This document shows positions 56,432-64,000 of a DNA stretch of 64,000 bases, piece after piece (position 1 is the stretch's first letter; the number at the start of each line of letters is the position of its first letter). Below the pieces are notes generated by a model that was not told the origin of the DNA, made no database searches, and worked only from the letters and a program-made list of their open reading frames with translations. The DNA is from Elusimicrobiota bacterium (lineage in GTDB: Bacteria > Elusimicrobiota > Endomicrobiia > Endomicrobiales > JBDRNC01): positions 52,650 through 116,649 of the forward strand of contig JBDRNC010000035.1 of the NCBI GenBank assembly GCA_043811535.1, written 5' to 3'. The position numbers were made by a program, and so were the translations under genes.

Positions 56432-57814
56432 ATGAAGAAAATACTATTCAACGGTCTGAAAGTAGGCGTGCTGGGCCTCGGGCGTTCTGGCATAGCCGCC
56501 GCCAATCTTCTTAAGAGAAAAGGAGCGCATGTACTGGTCAGCGAGGCGAGAGGCATTAAGGAAGCCGCAAAATCCGTCAAGTATCTTATAAAAAACATTG
56601 AAAAGGAATTCGGAGGGCACTCCAAGAAGCTGCTAGAGCAGGACGTTATAGTCAAGAGTCCGGGGATATCGTCGCATTTGCCCATACTTTCAAGAGCAGT
56701 TAAGAAATGCATTCCCGTGTGGAGCGAAATAGGGCTTGCCTTGAAACTCATAACCCCAGGTTCCCTGGTGGCAATCACGGGTACCAACGGAAAAACCACG
56801 ACAACCACGCTTATCGGGGAAATGTTCAAGGCGGCCGCGCGGGATACCGTTGTTGCCGGCAATATTGGATCGCCGCTTGCGAATCTTACCGGCAGAATCC
56901 GCGGTAAAACCTCAGTCATTCTGGAAATATCAAGCTATCAGCTTGAAGACACACCTGAATTCCATCCGGACATAGCCCTGATACTTAATATCACGCCCGA
57001 CCACATAGAGCACCACGGCTCGATGAGGAAGTATGTGGATGCCAAGGCGGTGATATTCTCTAACCAGACGAAAAAGGATTTCTGCGTGCTCAATTACGAC
57101 GATCTGGCGTGCAGAAAACTGGCACAGCGTTGCCCGTCCAAAATTGTCTTTTTCAGCAGGAAAGAGAAGCTTCAAAAAGGCGTATATTTTCTCGATGGCA
57201 AGATACACGTTAATTTCAGCAATCAAAAATATTCATTTGCGCCTTTATTGCGCATACCCGGACAGCATAACCTTGAGAACGCTCTTGCGGCCACATCAGC
57301 CGCGGCGGCCGCGGCCATACCCAGAGAAATCATAGAAGAATCGATTGAAGATTTCCGTGGCGTTGAACACAGGATAGAGTATGTCGCAGATATAGAAGGC
57401 GTTAAGTATGTCAACGATTCCAAGTGCACGAACGTCGATTCCACGCGCGTCGCGTTAGAGTCCTTTTCGTCTCCTGTCTGGCTGATTCTCGGCGGGAGGG
57501 ATAAGGGTTCGCCTTATACCCCGCTGAAAGAGCTCGTTACGCGAAAAGTGAAGGGAATACTGCTCATTGGAGAAGCTTCCCGTAAAATCCATAAAGAGCT
57601 TTCAGGGACTACGCAATTTTATATCTGCAGGAACCTTTCGAATGCAGTTAGGAAAGCAAGGTCGCTCGCTTTGCCGGGAGAAATTGTCATGCTTTCTCCG
57701 GCGTGCGCATCGTTCGATCAGTTTAAAGACTACGAAGACAGGGGACACCAGTTCAAGCGTCTCGTTTTTGGGATGAAGCCCCTTTCCCATTTGAAAAGAT
57801 ATTCAGTGAAATAA
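56432..57814 (+). CDS. murD: UDP-MurNAc-L-Ala:D-Glu ligase MurD
   Basis: GLGRSG, ITGTNGKTTT, EISSYQL, NDSKCTN and SPACASFDQF. Start taken as ATG 56432. Confidence 0.95.
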   Translation: MKKILFNGLKVGVLGLGRSGIAAANLLKRKGAHVLVSEARGIKEAAKSVKYLIKNIEKEFGGHSKKLLEQDVIVKSPGISSHLPILSRAVKKCIPVWSEIGLALKLITPGSLVAITGTNGKTTTTTLIGEMFKAAARDTVVAGNIGSPLANLTGRIRGKTSVILEISSYQLEDTPEFHPDIALILNITPDHIEHHGSMRKYVDAKAVIFSNQTKKDFCVLNYDDLACRKLAQRCPSKIVFFSRKEKLQKGVYFLDGKIHVNFSNQKYSFAPLLRIPGQHNLENALAATSAAAAAAIPREIIEESIEDFRGVEHRIEYVADIEGVKYVNDSKCTNVDSTRVALESFSSPVWLILGGRDKGSPYTPLKELVTRKVKGILLIGEASRKIHKELSGTTQFYICRNLSNAVRKARSLALPGEIVMLSPACASFDQFKDYEDRGHQFKRLVFGMKPLSHLKRYSVK

Positions 57815-57886
57815 CAGAAAATACGGCGAGGCACCGCAAGCACGGTCATATAAATATTAATTTACCTTTGACGGCGGGATTAAGAA

Positions 57887-58990
57887 ATGAAAAAGAACGA
57901 AACGCGCGATAATATGGATTTTCCCCTGCTTTTTTGCGCGGCTATTCTCCTGATAATCGGCACGCTCATGGTCTTTTCGTCGACTATCATCATGGCAGAA
58001 GCAAAATGGAAAACACCTTACATTTTTGTCATCAAGCAGGTAGTTTGGCTCTCGATAGGAAGCGCCGCACTTTATTTTTTCGCGAATTACGACTATTCCA
58101 AGCTTCAGAGATTGTCAAAACCAGTGCTGATTGCGGCGGTATTGCTTCTGGTAGCCGTGCTGGTGATCGGTTCTGAACGGGGCGGCGCAAAGAGATGGCT
58201 TGCGTGGGGCCCGGTCAGTTTCCAACCGTCGGAGATCGCCAAGCTTGCGATAGTAATAGCGCTCGCGGACTACCTGGACAGGAAGAAAAGCCGTCTTAAA
58301 CAGTTCAAAGGCATTTGGCCGCCGCTAGCGACAGTGGGTTTTGTGTGCGTTCTGATAGGCCTTGAACCCGATCTGGGTTCGCCGATACTCATCTGCCTCA
58401 CTTGCCTTGGCCTGCTTTATATGGCGGGCGCCAGCCTGAAATATATCATTGGAGCCACTCTGATTTTTGCGCCAGCGGCAGTTTTAGAGATTTACAGGAA
58501 GCCTTACAGACTCGAAAGAATAAAGTCCTTTTTCCAAAGCTGGGGCGACATCAGGTCCGTTCAATACCAGCTTGACCAGTCGCTCGTGGCGCTCGGCTCC
58601 GGAGGTTTCTTCGGAAAAGGGCTTGCTAAGGGGCAGATGAAGCTTCTTCATGTACCCGAAGCGCACACCGATTTCATCTTTCCGATTATCGGCGAGGAAC
58701 TCGGCTTTATCGGTTCCATAGTGATAATAGGTATGTTCCTTTTTATTGCATGGCGCGGAATGCAGATAAGCATGAAAAGCCGCGATTTTTTCGGCGGATT
58801 GCTTGCGATGGGGATAACCCTTGCGATAGTCCTTCAAGCAATGATAAACATAGGCGTGTCGTGCGGCATTTTTCCGACCAAAGGATTGCCTCTCCCGTTC
58901 GTATCTTTCGGCGGGACGGCGCTCGTGGTAAACATGGCGGAGATCGGGATTCTTCTGAACATTTCCAGAAGCTGCTCTAAGAGGGTTTAA
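57887..58990 (+). CDS. ftsW: SEDS peptidoglycan polymerase FtsW
   Basis: GAKRW, FQPSEIAK, PEAHTDFIF and GLPLPFVSFGG. Confidence 0.93.
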   Translation: MKKNETRDNMDFPLLFCAAILLIIGTLMVFSSTIIMAEAKWKTPYIFVIKQVVWLSIGSAALYFFANYDYSKLQRLSKPVLIAAVLLLVAVLVIGSERGGAKRWLAWGPVSFQPSEIAKLAIVIALADYLDRKKSRLKQFKGIWPPLATVGFVCVLIGLEPDLGSPILICLTCLGLLYMAGASLKYIIGATLIFAPAAVLEIYRKPYRLERIKSFFQSWGDIRSVQYQLDQSLVALGSGGFFGKGLAKGQMKLLHVPEAHTDFIFPIIGEELGFIGSIVIIGMFLFIAWRGMQISMKSRDFFGGLLAMGITLAIVLQAMINIGVSCGIFPTKGLPLPFVSFGGTALVVNMAEIGILLNISRSCSKRV

Positions 58991-58991
58991 A

Positions 58992-60074
58992 ATGCAAAGA
59001 ATACTAATCGCTGCAGGTGGAACGGGCGGGCATCTCTATCCCGGCATGGTGCTGGGAAATGAGCTCAGGAAGCGCGGATGCAAAACCGCTTTCATCTGCA
59101 GGAAGAACGATCCCTGCAAGCAGGTACTCGCGGGATATAAGTTCAGATTTTTTGAGATCGCGTTTCATGGGTTTCCGCGCAGGATATCGTTCAAGATATT
59201 TTCCTTCTTTTACCTGCTGACAAGAAGCCTTTTTTCTTCATTCGCCGTGATAAATTCGTTCCAGCCGGACGTTGTCGTGGGCATGGGGGGGTATATTTCA
59301 TTCCCGGTCGCGCTGGCCGGTTATCTCAAGCGCATACCGGTGGTCATTCACGAACAAAACGCGCTGCCGGGGATGGCGAACCGGCTTTTAACCTTTTTCG
59401 CGAAAAAGATAGCGGTAAGTTTTGAGGATTCGGAGAGATTCTTCCCAAGGGACAAGACGATATTCACCGGGAATCCAGTAAGACAGGAACTTTTCTCGGC
59501 GGTCCCGGAAGAAGCTTTTAAGATTCTTGGCCTTGAACAAAAAAGGATAACCGTCCTGATTTTCGGCGGGAGCCAGGGCGCGGTGAGACTTAACCACGCA
59601 ATAATAGACACGCTACCTTTCCTTACGGAATACAAGTCATCAATACAATTTGTCCATATAACGGGCACGATGCCGGGCGAAAAGGACCGTGCCGAACATG
59701 GCTATGATAAGCACGGCTTCAAGGCCTCTGTCATGGAGTATCTGGACAAGATCGGGAACGCCTACTCCGTCGCCGACCTGATAATTTGCCGCGCCGGCGC
59801 AACAACGATAAGCGAGTTGACTATTCTTCATAAACCGTCTATACTCGTGCCGTTCCCTTACGCGACCGGTAACCACCAGCAAATGAACGCTCTTAACCTT
59901 GTAAAAAAAGGAAACGCCATCATGATAAAGGAAAAAGACCTTTCTCCGCCTATACTTTCCGGCGGAATGATTATATATATCGCGTCAATCAGGAAGAATT
60001 CGCACAAGATCGCGCTTCCTAAACACCTGCCGCAGCATTATCTTGCCAATACCGTGTTGGAGTTCGCGAAATGA
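58992..60074 (+). CDS. murG: MurG transferase
   Basis: AGGTGGHLYP, GMGGY, HEQNA, GNPVR, GGSQGA and RAGATT. Confidence 0.96.
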   Translation: MQRILIAAGGTGGHLYPGMVLGNELRKRGCKTAFICRKNDPCKQVLAGYKFRFFEIAFHGFPRRISFKIFSFFYLLTRSLFSSFAVINSFQPDVVVGMGGYISFPVALAGYLKRIPVVIHEQNALPGMANRLLTFFAKKIAVSFEDSERFFPRDKTIFTGNPVRQELFSAVPEEAFKILGLEQKRITVLIFGGSQGAVRLNHAIIDTLPFLTEYKSSIQFVHITGTMPGEKDRAEHGYDKHGFKASVMEYLDKIGNAYSVADLIICRAGATTISELTILHKPSILVPFPYATGNHQQMNALNLVKKGNAIMIKEKDLSPPILSGGMIIYIASIRKNSHKIALPKHLPQHYLANTVLEFAK

Positions 60075-60838
60075 AAAGACCCCTCATACTTGTAACTAAC
60101 GACGACGGCATTTACGGGCCCGGGCTGAAACCGCTCGTATCCGAGCTGAAAAAAATAGGGAAAGTCATAGTTGTCGTTCCGGATAAGGAACGTTCCGGAA
60201 CGAGCCATTCAATAACGCTGCATAAGCCTCTCAGGGTATACAGGACCCGCGCGAATGTATACGCGGCTAACGGGACTCCTGCGGACTGCGCGAGGTTCGG
60301 CGTTCTTTCGCTTGCAAAGGGAAAGATCGACCTGCTCGTATCGGGCATTAACACCGGGCCCAACCTCGGTCAGGACGTTATTTACTCGGGAACCGTGGCC
60401 GGAGCGCGCGAGGGCGCGATGCTCAGGATACCGTCGTTCGCCATTTCAATATCCGAGTGGGGCGAAAGGAATTTTATTAAAGCGGCCCGAGTTGCCAGGA
60501 TCATAGCAAAAAACATGATAAGGAGCGGGATTGACGGCAGAGCTTACCTGAACGTGAATGTCCCGCCGAAAATAAAGGGATACCGGATAACTTCCGTCGG
60601 TCAGCGCATTTACGACGAAGATATCGAATGCCGCACCGATCCGAGGGGGCTCAATTATTACTGGCTCGCCGGGAAGTTCATCTCAGGTGTGGAAGAGCCG
60701 GGCACCGATATCTGGGCGATAAAAAAATCCTTTGTTTCAATAACGCCTCTTGAGCTTAACCCCACCGCGCATGACCTTTTCGGAGTCCTCGAGAAGTGGA
60801 TGGAGCCCCTCCAAAAAGTGAAAAACTCCGGAAAATAG
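60071..60838 (+). CDS. surE: 5'/3'-nucleotidase SurE
   Basis: ILVTNDDG, GTPADC and SGINTGPNLG...YSGTVAGAREG. Confidence 0.95.
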   Translation: MKRPLILVTNDDGIYGPGLKPLVSELKKIGKVIVVVPDKERSGTSHSITLHKPLRVYRTRANVYAANGTPADCARFGVLSLAKGKIDLLVSGINTGPNLGQDVIYSGTVAGAREGAMLRIPSFAISISEWGERNFIKAARVARIIAKNMIRSGIDGRAYLNVNVPPKIKGYRITSVGQRIYDEDIECRTDPRGLNYYWLAGKFISGVEEPGTDIWAIKKSFVSITPLELNPTAHDLFGVLEKWMEPLQKVKNSGK

Positions 60839-60861
60839 CGTAGAAGCAGGGTGTCATCCTT

Positions 60862-62901
60862 ATGGCCCAGCCGTTTAAAGTAGTCTCTAAGTTTAAACCT
60901 TCGGGCGACCAGCCGGACGCGATCGCAAAGCTTGCCAAGGGAGTGCTCGGCGACAAAAAACACCAGGTACTGCTCGGCGTCACCGGGTCCGGAAAAACTT
61001 ACGCGATAGCAAAACTCATAGAAAAAACACAAAAACCTGCCCTTGTTATTTCCCCGAACAAAATACTCGCGGCGCAGCTTTACGCTGAATTCAAGTCCTT
61101 CTTCCCAGATAACGCTGTGGAATATTTCATCTCATATTACGATTATTACCAGCCCGAAGCGTATATCCCGCAGACCGACACTTATATTGAAAAAGACTCC
61201 GATATAAACGATCATATTGACAGGCTGCGGCTCAAGGCGACATCCTCGCTGCTTGAGCGCAACGACGTGATAATAGTGGCTTCGGTCTCATGCATATACA
61301 ATCTCGGCACGCCCGAGGAATATCAGACGCTGTGCGTGTCAGCAGAGACGGGTTCCGTCAAGTCCAGGGATGAGATGCTCAAAGAACTGGTGAACATCCA
61401 CTACGAAAGAAGCGACATTGATTTTTTCAGGGGGAAGTTCAGGGTAAGAGGTGATACAGTTGAGGTTTTTCCGGCGTATCTTGAAACCGCTTTGCGGCTA
61501 GAATTTTACGGCGACAAGATCGAAAGGATCACGGAGATAGACGCGCTGACGGGCAAGGTAACCGCGGAAAAGGAAAAGGCGCTCATATATCCCGCGAAAC
61601 ATTTCGTGACAACCCAGCCAAAATTAGAAAAAGCGCTTGTTGAAATAGAGGCCGAAATGATCGATAGGATAAGATATTTCAACGAAAACAACAAATTGCT
61701 TGAGGCCCAGAGGATCGGTCAGCGTACGCGTTACGACATGGAAATGCTGAAAGAAATGGGCACGTGCCACGGCGTTGAAAACTATTCCAGGCATCTGTCG
61801 GGGAGGGCGGCCGGCTCGCGGCCGTCGTGTCTTATTGATTATTTTAACGCAAGCGGCCGCGGAAACGGTTTCATTACTGTCATAGACGAATCGCATATAA
61901 CCGCCCCGCAAATAAGAGGGATGTACGAAGGCGACAAGAGCCGGAAACAGACGCTCGTGGATTTCGGATTCCGCCTTCCATCGGCTATGGACAACCGCCC
62001 CCTTAAATTCCCGGAATTTGAATCGCTCGTAAAGCAGGCGGTGTACGTTTCCGCGACTCCGGGGCCGTACGAGCTCGGTAAGTCATCCGGCGGAATCACC
62101 GAGCTTATCATACGCCCTACCGGGTTGATCGATCCCGCGGTGGAAGTGCGCCCGCTTGACAACCAGATAGGCGACCTGATATCAGAGATAGAAAAAGTAG
62201 TAAACCCGGGGGGTCATGGCGAAAAAGGCCGTGTCCTGGTCACGACGCTTACAAAACGGCTGTCCGAAGACCTGACTGATTACCTGGGCGAGAATAAACT
62301 GAAAGTCAGATACCTGCATTCCGAGATAGACTCTTTGAAAAGGATAGAGATACTGAGAGACCTGCGGCTCGGGAAATTTGACGTACTAGTGGGCATAAAC
62401 CTGCTGAGGGAAGGGCTCGACCTGCCTGAAGTCGCTCTTGTTGCGGTGCTCGACGCCGATAAGGAGGGTTTCCTGAGGTCCGAAACAAGCCTTATACAGG
62501 TGTGCGGGCGCGCCTCCCGGAATCTCAAAGGGCGCGTCATACTGTACGCGGATAAAATGACGGGATCGATGGAACGGGCTCTAAACGAGATGAGCCGGCG
62601 CCGCAAGAAACAGGAAGAGTATAATAAAGAACACAATATAACCCCAAAATCCATAGTCAAAGCCGTGCATGACCTGGAAGAGTTCCAGTATAAGGCGAAA
62701 GAAACGGCGCTTGAAAGCGTTATAAGGGAAGCTACCGGGAAGTACATTTCCGCAAGGAATATGCCGGCTGTCATCAACGAGCTTGAAAAGCAGATGAGAG
62801 AAGCCGCCGACAACCTGAATTTCGAGCTGGCGGCGGCGCTAAGAGACAGGATCTACGCGCTCAGAGAGATGAATGTATCGAAAAAGCAAGGAAAACGGTA
62901 G
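60862..62901 (+). CDS. uvrB: Excinuclease ABC subunit B
   Basis: [26 protein letters not shown] and [10 protein letters not shown]. Confidence 0.97.
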   Translation: MAQPFKVVSKFKPSGDQPDAIAKLAKGVLGDKKHQVLLGVTGSGKTYAIAKLIEKTQKPALVISPNKILAAQLYAEFKSFFPDNAVEYFISYYDYYQPEAYIPQTDTYIEKDSDINDHIDRLRLKATSSLLERNDVIIVASVSCIYNLGTPEEYQTLCVSAETGSVKSRDEMLKELVNIHYERSDIDFFRGKFRVRGDTVEVFPAYLETALRLEFYGDKIERITEIDALTGKVTAEKEKALIYPAKHFVTTQPKLEKALVEIEAEMIDRIRYFNENNKLLEAQRIGQRTRYDMEMLKEMGTCHGVENYSRHLSGRAAGSRPSCLIDYFNASGRGNGFITVIDESHITAPQIRGMYEGDKSRKQTLVDFGFRLPSAMDNRPLKFPEFESLVKQAVYVSATPGPYELGKSSGGITELIIRPTGLIDPAVEVRPLDNQIGDLISEIEKVVNPGGHGEKGRVLVTTLTKRLSEDLTDYLGENKLKVRYLHSEIDSLKRIEILRDLRLGKFDVLVGINLLREGLDLPEVALVAVLDADKEGFLRSETSLIQVCGRASRNLKGRVILYADKMTGSMERALNEMSRRRKKQEEYNKEHNITPKSIVKAVHDLEEFQYKAKETALESVIREATGKYISARNMPAVINELEKQMREAADNLNFELAAALRDRIYALREMNVSKKQGKR

Positions 62902-62922
62902 ACGGTAGACGGAATACAGGAT
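62895..62922. repeat. Degenerate 7-bp tandem repeat overlapping the uvrB stop
   Basis: acggtag acggtag acggaat acaggat. Confidence 0.6.
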
Positions 62923-63185
62923 AAGGCAGTTTTGTTTGTCATTCCCTGTATTATAGCGCAGTATCTCGTTTACTGCATTTAAAACGCGATTCTAGTGGAG
63001 TCCCTTCGGCAGTCCCGCCTTGCGGGACATAAATTACGCGACCTCCTGCGACTTCCTTAGCGTATTAGATGGAGTCCAAGCGTAGTCGGGCGGTTCCATT
63101 CACATTAATCCCCCTGATTTATCGGGGGGATTGAATGACGCGGGATTGCGTTTTTTTTAATATATTTGTAAAATAAGTGCATAAA

Positions 63186-64000
63186 ATGAATAACATAATA
63201 GAAAATGCGTTAAAAGAAGATAATTCCGGAAAAGACATTACAGCGCGTCTTTTCATTCCAAGCAAAGCCATGGTAAGAGCCGTTATATTGGCTAAAAGCC
63301 CCGGTATAGTGTGCGGGCTGGACATTGTGCGCCAGGTATACCGCCTAATAGACGCCCGTTGCAGGTTGCGGATAAAGACACGCGACGGCAATAAGGTAAG
63401 GAAAGGCCAAATCGTGGCGGAATTATACGGACCGGCCAGGTCGCTCCTTTCGGGAGAAAGGACGGCATTGAACTTTCTCCAACATCTTTCAGGAATCGCT
63501 ACGCTGACCGGCAGGTTCGTCCAAAAAACGAAAGGTACAAGAGCCGGGATTTATGACACCAGAAAGACGATTCCGGGGCTGCGCCAGCTTGATAAGTATG
63601 CCGTGCGCTGCGGAGGCGGCAGGAACCACAGGATGAACCTCGGCGAGATGGCTCTTATTAAAGATAACCACCTTAAACTGCTCATCAACGGTCCGGAAGC
63701 TGTCAGAAAAGCCAAAAAAAGACATCCGGAATTGATGATTGAAGTGGAATGCGAGAATCTGTCCCATGTCAGGAAGTTCGCCGGTTCGGGTGCGGACTAT
63801 ATAATGCTTGATAATATGGGGATAAAGACGCTGCGGAAAGCTGTAACGTATATTAGAAAACGGGATAAAAACGTCCAAATTGAGATATCCGGAGGCGTTA
63901 CGCTAAAAAACGCGTCAAAGCTGGCCCTACTCGGTGTGGAAAGGATTTCGGTAGGAGCCCTGACACACTCGGCCCCCGCGCTGGATTTCAGCATGGAGAT
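63186..64000 (+). CDS. nadC: Quinolinate phosphoribosyltransferase NadC, 3'-truncated by the window edge
   Basis: Manual translation gives ALKED...DIT, ERTALNFLQHLSGIAT, DTRKTIPGLR, IKDNH, MLDN, SGG and SVGALTHSA. It is absent from the ORF track because there is no stop in the window. Confidence 0.93.
   Translation, partial: MNNIIENALKEDNSGKDITARLFIPSKAMVRAVILAKSPGIVCGLDIVRQVYRLIDARCRLRIKTRDGNKVRKGQIVAELYGPARSLLSGERTALNFLQHLSGIATLTGRFVQKTKGTRAGIYDTRKTIPGLRQLDKYAVRCGGGRNHRMNLGEMALIKDNHLKLLINGPEAVRKAKKRHPELMIEVECENLSHVRKFAGSGADYIMLDNMGIKTLRKAVTYIRKRDKNVQIEISGGVTLKNASKLALLGVERISVGALTHSAPALDFSME

Noticed and set aside
224..63994. Numerous minus-strand and alternate-frame ORFs up to about 230 aa
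   Set aside because: They overlap well-supported + strand genes and show no recognisable motifs, so they are treated as shadow ORFs.

Overview
A gene-dense bacterial window in which every supportable feature lies on the + strand. Gene order and intergenic repeats tentatively suggest an uncultured anaerobe such as Elusimicrobiota; this is inference only. Housekeeping blocks are: a mannose-family PTS operon (IIA-IIB-IIC-IID-HPr-EI) interrupted by a GH57 glucanotransferase gene; lepA-lepB; nfeD/SPFH; hemW; a CIRCE-regulated hrcA-grpE-dnaK-dnaJ-rsmE-mtaB; HIT-rpsU-Nif3-like-dnaG-rpoD; two tRNAs; zinc-ribbon-rnhA-rnpB; a dcw cluster (mraZ to murG) running into surE-uvrB; and a partial nadC. The main accessory region (12.1-33.6 kb) is a 15-gene cluster. 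It has six cobalamin-binding radical SAM enzymes, one SPASM/twitch radical SAM, two Trm112-fused methyltransferases (one with a probable CTG start), three GT2s, a GT4, a sugar nucleotidyltransferase and two GT-C-like membrane proteins. It is a candidate system for radical tailoring of a cell-envelope glycan or glycolipid. Intergenic spaces hold small inverted-repeat elements (one apparently re-wiring the rnhA start), 7- and 9-bp tandem-repeat hairpins and REP-like modules. The RNase P RNA has an atypical architecture. No database searches or folding computations were run.
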